A DNA stretch of 64,000 nucleotides, taken from assembly GCF_026571515.1 (NCBI RefSeq), contig NW_026852865.1, positions 1 through 64,000 on the forward strand, read 5' to 3'. A model generated the notes under the pieces. It saw only the letters and a list, made by a program, of their open reading frames with translations, was not told the origin of the DNA and did not search any database. This DNA comes from Ruditapes philippinarum (taxonomy: Eukaryota). Of the stretch, positions 15,056 through 25,900 are shown in pieces. Both the position numbers and the translations under genes were made by a program. How positions within the stretch are numbered: the stretch's first letter is position 1; each line of letters opens with the position of its first letter.

Positions 15056-17432
15056 TAAATGGACGCCCTTACAAATTAGGTACAATTCTTCACAAATCCA
15101 TCATTCTTTTAGTTCTGAAGAAGTTCTTGAGCAAAAAAGAAAAATAACATCTTAAACTGTGTTTCCCATAGAAAAAGTCTACTTGAGGATTGAATTTAAA
15201 ACACTTCCGAACTTTAACCTACATGATTTTATCAGACAAATTTCACATGTTGTAAAACAAGTTTTAAGAAGGTAGTTTATTTCTCACATTTACTATGTTT
15301 ACAAATACTTAAAACTGGCTTTTTATTGTCTTCAGCAAATTATCTTTTACGTCAGACTGGTGTGTGGAATTTGTATTAAATTTTTGTGTGCGTGTTTTTT
15401 TTGCATGCAAATTATGGGAAACTGTACAGAGCATGTCTTTATTTCGCCTCATTGTTATACAGAGGGTTTTATGCTCCCCCAGAAATGATGCTTCATCCGT
15501 CTGTAGTTCTGTACTTTCTGTTGCACAATCTGCCACACTTTCCTCAAGCTTCTCTTTATTGGTAGGTAAATACTTTTGGTATGTCCTTTAACTTTGTGAG
15601 GGGTTTGGGGTCACTTGGGTCAAGGTCACATGGGCTCAAAGAGTTTTTTTTTTCATTTTTGCTCATACAGCCTTCATTAATTGACTGATGCCTTTCAGTT
15701 ATTTGGTGGGTACATACCTTATGCACTTTTAAACTGGGTGAAGTACGGGGTTACTTGGGGCAAGGTCACCAATGCTATAAATAGATTTTTACACTTTTGC
15801 TCATACAGGCTTCATTTATGGATAGATGTTTTTCATATTTAATTGGAACATACCTTGGGTGGTCCTCCAACTTTGGCTAAAGTTTTCAAGGTTAAGATCA
15901 TTGATGCAGAAATTGGATATTTTTGACCACTTTCTTATAAATTTTGTATTGTAGGATATTGATGAACATCAAACTGCTATGAAGATCAAAGCATTTTGTG
16001 TCCTGAATGTTCTGCTTCACCCATGATTCATGTAATGAAGTTGCCAATTATTGGTGGAGATCTGATTACTACTTGTTCTGTAAATTCTGATCCAACTTGA
16101 TGTGACATGATCTGATTGTTACTAAAGTCTAGAAGAAAATTACAGACTGTGACACAATTTATGACAAAAAATATCTGTCCTCTTTTTTTGTCTGAAATGA
16201 AATATACTTCATACTTGATATAATTATAAGTAATGGCAGAATATTCTCTCCAAAATTTGAAGAAAACATAAGTGGTTTTTAAGGATAGTAAAGTTGTCCA
16301 GTGTCAGGAATTTTTTTTGCGAGTTGGCAATATTTCATTTTAAAAATAATCATATGTTATTAAGTGTCTGGGCAATGAGGGCCTGATTTATCATTTGACA
16401 ATAATAGAACTATAGGAAAATGTAGCCATTTCTATCAAAATATGACAAGAACATTCATCATTTAGTGGGGAAATGTTAGGTAGAGAAAGAGAATATCTGA
16501 ACAAGCTTTATCAGTAAAAAGTAATACCAATTATATAGTGGCTGCTAAAATGATTAGGATAGATAACTCTATAGTAGGATACTAATATTCAGAAGGGAAT
16601 AAGGATTTTCTTATCTCAAAACTACAGTTGGGATGCAATTGATTTAAACCATTTATTTCAACAAGATGCTGTCTGCTGCCTTTTTGTATGTTGATGTATC
16701 ATTACCATAGTTTATACAGAAGTTATTTTAATTTGATTGTGCAGGAAGCTTATAAGTACACTTAAATCGGTTCCTGGAACCCACCTGAGAAATGAGTTGA
16801 AAGTTTCTTGCTCCAAGAAACAATGGATTATCCTTTACAGGGTTTAAACCCACACAGCTAGAGATTATTAGATTTCTAGTCTGACACATTAACCACATGT
16901 CCATGCCGGTACACTTTACATACTTTATGAGTGATCATCGCATGATGCATATTTCTTCTCTTTTCTTTTTTTATAATAATCTAAGCATGATTGACAGAAG
17001 CCCCTCAACAAGACCATGTAACCCATTTAGTAGCCTAAGTAGCCCCACATATAGTTCATTGGTAAACCTCCAACAGCCCAGTTACCTCTAAGATAGCCCC
17101 TTTAATGCAATTTATCTCTTAAGTTAACCCTTTTTGTCCCTTAGGTAAGTGTCCTCTGTTACCTTTTCTGGTAGCTCTATAAATACTTCATATTGTCCTC
17201 TGTCGTTACCTCATTTAGATAGGTCTTTAAACCCCTCTGATTGTCTTGTTACATCTTAGATTGCCATAGTAACCCATCATTTTGTCTCTGAAACCTTCAT
17301 ATTGTTTCCATTACAAGTAATGATTAGAAATATTAATTTTGATGATGATAAAAAAATAAATTATATTTTAAAGAGCTGTTCAAACATTTGTCTCATTAAG
17401 CAATTAATGAGTATTGCCAGAATTTTGATTAA

Positions 17433-17631
17433 CCCTTAAAGTTCTGGAACTGAAAGCGTTAAGCCTTTCTAACCAGTATAGTCTAGAGCCAGTCTCAGTG
17501 CAGTCTGACCAGGCTCTATACTGTTAGCTGACAAACTTTAAATATCAAATTGATATCCCTAAAATTGATAATGGATAGTCCCAAAAATGAAAGTGGGACA
17601 AGTTCATTTAAAATATTCAGCATGTTCAGGG
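17433..17631. mobile_element. 199-bp TTAA-flanked MITE (piggyBac-like CCCT...AGGG ends)
   Basis: ttaa|ccct...cagcatgttcaggg|ttaa; reverse orientation relative to 45256-45454. Confidence 0.75.
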
Positions 17632-19364
17632 TTAATGTATCAGTGACAAATCCTGAATAATTCATGAACTGTGAGAATTCATTTTGTAGATGATCTTTTA
17701 GCATTTTGCTGAAAACAATATTTTGTTACGTAAACGCTTCGTCTGAAAGTAGTTAATTGAAAAGGGAAAAATATACTTAAATCTTCTTCCATTACCTCTT
17801 TTTACTTTGTACAATTGTGCAAAATGTCCCTGACTTCTTTATTCTTGATTTACTTCTATCACACCATGATGTGCAGGCCAAATTTCATTCACTTCCTTAT
17901 AAAACAAACAGAACTTATTTTGTACGCCAGGGGAAATGTTTAATTACAGGTTTGTCAGCTTTTAAGAACACAGAACTCTCAGCTGGGGAGAGCAGACATG
18001 TGAATTACTTAATTAGATTCATTATCATGTAACAGGAGAGAGTTTTTTTGCCAGTAACTTTAGCTTTTTTTCAGGCCTGGCTTAATGTTTAAGGTCATCC
18101 TTTGAGAGGGGAATGATTTGTCTAATGTTTTCGGTTACAAGAGACATGGAAATTGATTTGAGCTGCAAGAATTTTAAAAAATACATGAACATTAAAGGAA
18201 CTCAGCTGAGGTCCAGAAACATAAGAACCTGATTTTTTTGAAAATTTTGTATATTAAAATTTGTGGCACTTTAAATAGCAAAATATAAAACAGATAATAA
18301 AAAAAAATTAGATTGAAAATCAATATTGAGTGCAACAAGCTCTACGATTTGAGATAAAAGCGGTTAAATGCCACTTGGCCACAGATACCTTCAATTTCTA
18401 AAGCTGTTTAGTTTGAAAAGGAGGTTCCCATTCTCCTAAACTTGTATAATATTATACAATCATATTACCCAGCATTGACACATTTATAATGAGAGTTGCT
18501 CGGCACTTCATTCTTGTTTTTGACCCTTTATAAGTGTTTCTTTAAGTTTGTAACACCCCAGGTTGGCCAAAATCATCTTTCCTGTTCCTGTGGCGTATGA
18601 TCTGAACTGTGTTGGTGCACTGTAAAACCAACCGTAAACAAAAATCTTCTTGTTCTTGTGGTGTCTGACTTTCCTAATAATATGAATGTAGAGAACAATA
18701 TTCTCAGCAAATTTTTTTACCAGTTTTCTGAAACCCTGTAATATAACATGATATATCAAACTTAAATGCATAGAGTTCATATGTTTAGAAGTAAATGATC
18801 TGGACCTTGAAATGAAATAGGAAAACAAGACATATTTGATAAATGGAGAATCAGTGAGACATTATGTTTTTACACATATTATGTCTGTTATAAAGATGTA
18901 ATGAGTTTTAATACTGTATGTCAATGTTTAGTCTATGATGATGCCTGTAATTGTCTTATATTGGTCTGGAAAATGGCGAAAATCCAAGTTTTTTATGTTT
19001 GATGTTTTATTGTCTAGATAAAATAGGTTTTGTCTTAAATCTAGATTACTGTGATTTATCGACTCAACAATTTTTTTCCTCTTTTCCTTCGATTTCTAAG
19101 ATTTTGTGTGCAGTGATATGGATTTGGTTTTCAAATTTACTGAATTTTGAAGTGTCTGTTAGAATATGTTGGTTTTTCCACTGGTTTCCAATATACATTA
19201 TTGGTTTGAATAGTATATAATTTGTTTGAACAGTTGAAATGATTTGCTTAATATTTAATTAATATTAAAACAAGGAAAAAAAGAGAAATGGGGAAACCAG
19301 TTTGGTCAAGGAATGTGTAAAATATGTATATATAAACATTGTGATGTCATCAGTACTATCAACA

Positions 19365-19500
19365 TTGCTTATATTCATCAATACCATTATAATGGCCATC
19401 ATTGTCATCATCATGAGCATCATCACCAACAAGAACATCATCACCATTATCACCATGAACATCATGAATTCATCATCAGCATCATCTTGAACATCATCAA
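19365..19500. repeat. Degenerate (CAT/CAC)n trinucleotide microsatellite
   Basis: catcatcaccattatcaccatgaacatcat...; generates His-, Ile- and Met-rich spurious ORFs. Confidence 0.85.
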
Positions 19501-19690
19501 TTTTTTTTACATCTCATTTGTTATCAACTTTAGTTGCATGATAAATATATTGGAATTTGCACTGGGAAAGTTATAGCTTATTGAAAAAAAAAAGATTTTT
19601 GATCTTCTTGTGTTACATTGTGAATATATATAATTAAAAAATAAATTTATGCTATAAAACTGATCAAGAATAAGTTATGGTACATAAATC

Positions 19691-19764
19691 ATCACCTTAG
19701 TGCAATAACAGGTTAACTCCTATTAGATTTAGATAGACTTAACCCATTACTGCACTAAGGTGAC
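19691..19764. mobile_element. Same hairpin MITE, copy 2, opposite orientation, ~60 bp before the MIB1 acceptor
   Basis: tcaccttagtgcaataacaggttaa...ttaacccattactgcactaaggtgac. Confidence 0.75.
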
Positions 19765-19823
19765 AAAATGTAACTCAGAATCTCAGTTATTATGATTAAC
19801 ATTCATTATGTTTATATTTTCAG

Positions 19824-19968
19824 TGCTATGAGAATTCTATTGTCAAAAGTTCCGCGTCAATGGGTCATTGACGAGAAAAAAGATGACGGCTACACGGCAC
19901 TCCATCTTGCAGCATTGAACAACCATGTTGAGGTAGCAGAGCTACTTGTGCATGGAACTGGATCTGAT
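19824..19968 (+). CDS. MIB1: MIB1 exon (ankyrin; AMRILLSK...LLVHGTGSD)
   Basis: ttttcag acceptor at 19821-23, gtaagt donor at 19969; phase 2 to 0. Confidence 0.95.
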
Positions 19969-22900
19969 GTAAGTAGTATTGACATTTGATTTGAATGTCA
20001 TTGTACATTTGGAAATGTCATTGTACATTTTGAGGGTCAATGAACATTTGGAATGTCATTTGAATGACATTGTGCATTTAGAATATCATTGTACATTTGA
20101 AATGGCATTGTGCCTTTGGAATGGCATTGTACATTTGGGATGGCATTGTGCCTTTGGAATGTCATTGTACATTTGAAATGGCATTGTACATTTGGGATGG
20201 CATTGTACATTTGGGATGTCATTGTACATTTGAAATGTCATTGTGCCTTTGAAATGGCATTGTACATTTGAAATGGCATTGTGCCTTCCAAATGTCATTG
20301 TACATTTGGAATGGCATTGTACCTTTTGAAATGGCATTGTGCCTTCCAAATGTCATTGTACATTTCAATGAAATTGTGCCTTTGAAATGTCATTGTACAT
20401 TTGGGAAGGCATTGTGCCTTTGAAATGTCATTGTACATTTGGGAAGGCATTGTGCCTTTGGAATGTCATTGTACATTTGGGATGGCATTGTGCATTTGGA
20501 ATGTCATTGTACATTTGGAATGGCATTGTACCTTTTGAAATGGCATTGTGCATTTGGAATGTCTTTTGTTCATTTCAATGAAATTGTACATTTTGAATGT
20601 CATCGTGCATTTGGAATGACATAATATTGTATATTTTAAATGTCATCGTACATTTGAATTGAAGTATTATTACACATGTATTGAATTTTAGATAACAATG
20701 TACATAACAACAGCCTCATAAAATACCATTTAGCATAAAGGATGATGTTTTCTTAGATTTTTCTTTTTTAATATTGTACGTATAAATATCTGTATTAAAG
20801 TACATTTTGTGCATAAGAAATGTGCATACTTGTATATAAATTTTATAAAACTGTTATCTAAAAACAGGATTATGTAGATGTGAATCCAAGCATTGCAGAA
20901 ATTTAATCTTTTATGGGGTACAGTAAATTACAAACACAGTGTTTGTGTCGCCTCTACGGAGTTACGGGAGTAGTGGCGACATATAGGGATCACTTCTCCT
21001 TCGTCTGTCTGTCCGTCCGTCCGTCACAAAACTTGTCTGGACTACTCCTCATAAACTACTGATGCAATTTCATCCAAACTTTACAGGAATGATCAGTACC
21101 AAGTCTAGTTGTGCATATTGTCAGCATTTTCCGGTTCAATGATTTTTGTCAGAGTTATGGCCCTTTAATAATTTTTAATTTTAAAGTTTGTCCGGACTAC
21201 TTCTCTTATACCACTAATGCAATTTCAATGAAACTGTACAGGATTGATCTGTAGCTCAAGTCCTTGCGCATTTTGCACAGGTTTTCCAGTTGAATGATTT
21301 TTGGTCGAGTTATGGCCCTTTGATAAAAAGGTGTTTTTTTCTGTGTGTTGCCAGATACACAAAAGCTTGTCCGGACTACTCCTCATAAACTACTGGTGCA
21401 ATTTTATCCAAACTTTCAGGGGCCTCCGTGGCCGAGTGGTTAAAGTCGCTGACTTGAGATCACAGGTCCCTCACCACTGTAGGTTCGATCCTCACTCGGG
21501 TCGGATTCTTTCATGTGAGGAAGCCATCCAGCTGGCTTACGGAAGGTCGGTGGTTCTACCCAGGTGCCCGCTCGTGCCTGAAATAATGCCCGGAGGGGCA
21601 CCTGGGGTCTTCCTCCATCAATAAAGCTGGAAAAAAAATCGACGAAAAATCTCGGCGGGACGCTCTAGGATGGCCCGACTTGAGTGTACGGTCGCCCATA
21701 TGGGCTTTCCGGCGGCGACCTTAAATAAACGCATTAAAAAAAAAAAAAAAATTATCCAAACTTTACAGGAATGATCAGTACCAAGTCTAGTTGTGCATAT
21801 TGTCAGCATTTTCCGGTTCAATGATTTTTATGCTCCCCGAAAAAATTTCGGGGGAGCATATAGTCGCCGCCTTGTCCGTCCGTCCGTCCGTCCGTCTTTC
21901 CGTCCGTCCGTCCGTCCGTCCCCTTTTCTTGTCCGGGACATAACTTTGAAACAACAAGAGGTATCAACATGAAACTTTGTAGGTAGATAGATCTCATTGA
22001 GTAGGTGTGCAGTGCACAAGAACCGTAACTCTGCCTTGCCTAATTTTTGAATTATTCCCCTTTGTTTATTTTTACACTTTGAACTTTGTCCGGGACATAA
22101 CTCTAAAAGTATAAGAGGTATCAACATGAAACTTTGTAGGTAGATAGATCTCATTGAGAAGGTGTGCAGTGCACAAGAACCGTAACTCTGCCTTGCCTAA
22201 TTTTTGAATTACCCCCCTTTGTTTATTTTACACTTTGAAATTTGTCCGGGACATAACTCTAAAAGTATAAGAGGTATCAACATGAAACTTTGTAGGTAGA
22301 TAGATCTCAGTGAGTAGGTGTGCAGTGCACAAGAACGGTAACTCTGCCTTGTCTTATTTTTGAATTATCCCCCTTTGTTTATTTTACACTTTGATCTTTG
22401 TCCGGGACATAACTCTAAAAGTATAAGAGGTATCAACATGAAACTTTGTAGGTAGATAGATCTCATTGAGTAGGTGTGCAGTGCACAAGAACGGTAACTC
22501 TGCCTTGCCTACTTTTGGAGTTATTGCCCTTTGTTCATTTTAACACTTTGACTTTGTCTGGGACATTACTCTAAAATTATAAGAGATATCAACATGAAAC
22601 TTTGTAGATAGATAGGTCTCATTGGGTGGAAGTGCAGTGCACAAGAACCGTAACTCTGCCTTGCCTTATTTTGAAGTAATTGCCCTTTGTTTATTTTTAC
22701 TTTTTGACTTTGTCCTGGACAATACTTTAAAACTATTAGAGATATCAACATGAAACTTTGTAGGTAGCTAGATATAATTGGATAGAATTGCAATGCTTAA
22801 AGAACCTAAACAAAGCCTGGTCTAATTTTGGAGTTATTGCCCTTTGTTCATTTTTACACTTTGACTTTTACCTGGGACATAATTCTGATATCATCAGGAA

Positions 22901-25900
22901 ACTTTATAGATAGATAGATCTCATTGAATAGAAGTGCAGTGCAAAAAAACATAACTCCGCTTTGCCTAATTTTGGAGTTTTTGCCCTTTGTTCATTTTTT
23001 TTATACTTTCCTGTGTCCAGAACCTTCTCGGGGAGCATCACCCGGTTCAACCGGTTCTTGTTGTCAGAGTTATGGCCCTTTAATAATTTTTATTTTTAAA
23101 GTTTGTCCGGACTACTTCTCTTATACCACTAATGCAATTTCAGTGAAACTTTACTGGATTGATCTGTAGCTCAAGTCCTTGTGCATATTGCACGGGTTTT
23201 CTGGTTGAATGATTTTTGGCCGAGTTATGGCCCTTTGATAAAAAGATGTTTTTTTTCTGTGTGTTGCCATGAACACAAAAGCTACTCCTCATAAACTACT
23301 GGTGCAATTTTATCCAAACTTTACAGGAATGATCAGTAACAATTCTAGTTGTGCACTGTCCGTCTGTCTGTCCGTCTGTCACAAAATTTGTCCCAACATG
23401 AAATTGGCCGTCATGAGGCGACATGTGTGATTACTGATCGCTCTTGTGTAATAGAAAAGATAATAGACAAACAAGCTCTTGTCTGCACTTTAAAGGTCAT
23501 GGTCTCACAAGTCTGTCATTCATAGACTATCCTAAATTCTATAATATGGCTTTAATAAATAAAATTGAAAACTTGTTTGTCAAATCTCTTTGATTTCTAA
23601 GAAAATAAAACATCAACAGTGAAAATGGTAATAAATTATTTCCAAAAAATGAACTAATTCGTCATGAAATTAGAAAGTGGGTTGGATTAAACAAACAGTT
23701 TAAAAAAACCAAGAGAAATATTAGTCTGTGGTCTGTGAGATGGATCGTCATTATTCCAATTTTACCACTCCTTTTGTTATATGATGTCTGTCCATTTTAT
23801 GGGATGGATGGATTGTTGTTTGATTTTTGTTACATTGTTTTCCCAACTTTTTGTCAATGATACTGTCATCGTTAAATCTTGGTCTGAATTGTTATAAGGC
23901 TGTGTTATGTAGATTTGTAGGTCTTTATTGACCTTTGCAACAATATGGGACCAGACCAAGATGTGTATCTTTGCTTGAAGTTGTCCGGGCAATTTTGTTT
24001 CTTGTTATGCACCATTCATTTGTAACAGATCTCCAAAAGGAGCAGTGGTTTATTGGTTCAGGTGTCTGCCTCTCAACCCAGTTTGAGTTGCCTAGCGTAG
24101 CGGCCCGGGTAATATTGTAAATAATCATTTATATACGACCATATAACTTGTCAGGAATCTTTATAACACATTTATAATACACCAAACTCCATTTTCATGA
24201 GAAAAAATGAGATCTCTTCATAAATTCACAGCAATTGTGTATATAAAATTTACAAATGTTACAAATGTGCAGTACTATAAACAGCTATATTATATAACCC
24301 ATGAGACATATTTTATGATATAACTGACTTGTCCTAGCTTGATTTCGAGTATGTACATTGCTAGGTCAAGGGTTATCAATATCCTAAAATTTTGAGTGGT
24401 CATTAAATATTCTAGAATCCAGTTATTCTATGCAGCAAAGGCAGCTTTTGTATACAGCTGGCACTCAAATAGTTAAAGGTTCTTAACATGTTATGAACTA
24501 TAACTGTATTAAATAGGCTTGTTGTAATATTTTTCTTGTCCTTCCCAGCATATTAAAAAGTGTTGCAGATTGAGTATCGCTCAAACTGGTGCTAGGGGGC
24601 ATGAGGGATGTTAAACTTTTTCATTATCATTCATGTACAGACTTAATGAAACCGAGTCTGCAATTTTCATGTAATTATGTTGCTTTAAATGCTTCCAAGG
24701 GATCACTTTTTTTCCCCAGATATTTAGATATATAGAGGAGAATGATAAGATAGGGGTTTGTTTACAAATCCTTTTCAGTTATGACTGATTCCCATTAAAG
24801 ATTTTTGTTATAACTTGTTATATTGACTGTTAATTCGTTTGCCTTGGCTTTAGTTGATTTAGACAGTCCATTGTTTGTATTTTGATTTGTTTGTTTTGGC
24901 TTTAGTTGATTTAGACAGTCCATTGTTTGTATTTTGATTTGTTTGTTTTGGCTTTAGTTGATTTAGACAGTCCATTGTTTGTATTTCTTTTGTAAGGAAA
25001 TTGAGCTCTTGGTCACTTTAATTTTGGTTTGAAGAGTAATTTATGTGCATGGACATCAGATAAGCAAGTTATCAAGAACTTGTATTTTCTTTTGATACTA
25101 TCTATACATGTAATGATACATTATTTGAGGCCTTTATATGGTGACATGGAGTTATCAGTCTATGTTAAAGTCACAATTTTATGGCATGTTTTGCATTGAT
25201 CAGTAATGCTGTTAGCAAGCTGCGTGCTTGTAACGCAAACTATGATTCCAATTTTCTCATTGCTGTTATTTTAAAGATCGTCCATCAATCAGATACTTGT
25301 GCAAATATATTGTATGGATTCATCTTAAGAAATTGAAAAGTATTGATAAAACAACGATTATGCCATAGATTCTTCTTCTATTCTGTCTATAAAGAAGATG
25401 TAATATCAACTTTATTGGCTGCTTTTCTGACATATTATGAAAGGAGGCATACTTGTGAAGACCTCTCACTGGAAGGTTGAATTATTGTTAAATATAATTT
25501 TTGCAATGTATCTAAGCTTTTAAATAATGATCCACATAAGGAGTGGTTGGGGGAGGGGCTTATACAGTTTTGCCCATTTTATACCCTCTCTTAGTGGTTT
25601 AAGGGCGACATATAGATGTCAGTCATACAGACTGACAAAACAATGGAATGTTGAGGCATCTATGACCTATGGACACATTTCTTGTTTTCTTTTAATTTGA
25701 GACAGTCCATTGTTTATCAGATTTCATTGTGAAAATGCTCAGATTAGGCAGTCAACAGTATAAACTCTGGTCAAGCTAGTGTAAGCTCTGGTCAAGCTAC
25801 CTTAGTGGCACAATGGTTTAAGAGTTACACTGACTGACATCACAAGCTCAACTCTTGAGTACAATCCACTGAAATTGATTATAGACTTTTAAATAGACTT

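Larger units (their letters stand above)
20943..23447 (+). mobile_element. Helentron-type element (host) with alternating A/B core repeats, interrupted by a SINE and another HINE
   Basis: 5' tgtcgcc...ggcgaca hairpin, (gtcc/gtct)n, repeats, 3' gaggcgaca, small hairpin and cttgt. Confidence 0.8.

Noticed and set aside
15775-15784. Perfect MEF2 site ctataaatag
   Set aside because: Lies within a degenerate repeat remnant and is expected by chance in AT-rich DNA.
19265-19576. His-rich, Met-rich and Ile-rich ORFs (possible metal-binding peptide)
   Set aside because: Products of a degenerate CAT microsatellite, open in several frames on both strands, with no splice or promoter support.
19979-20624. 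Cys/His-rich repetitive ORFs on both strands
   Set aside because: Translation of a 19-20 bp minisatellite within a MIB1 intron.
21419-21495. tRNA gene
   Set aside because: A/B boxes are present but continue into a SINE body with poly(A) and TSD; it is a SINE head. The same applies at 50850 and 40870.
21301-22154. 107-108 aa ORFs
   Set aside because: They span SINE and HINE sequence (GRTD repeats come from the (gtcc)n microsatellite); not transposase-like.
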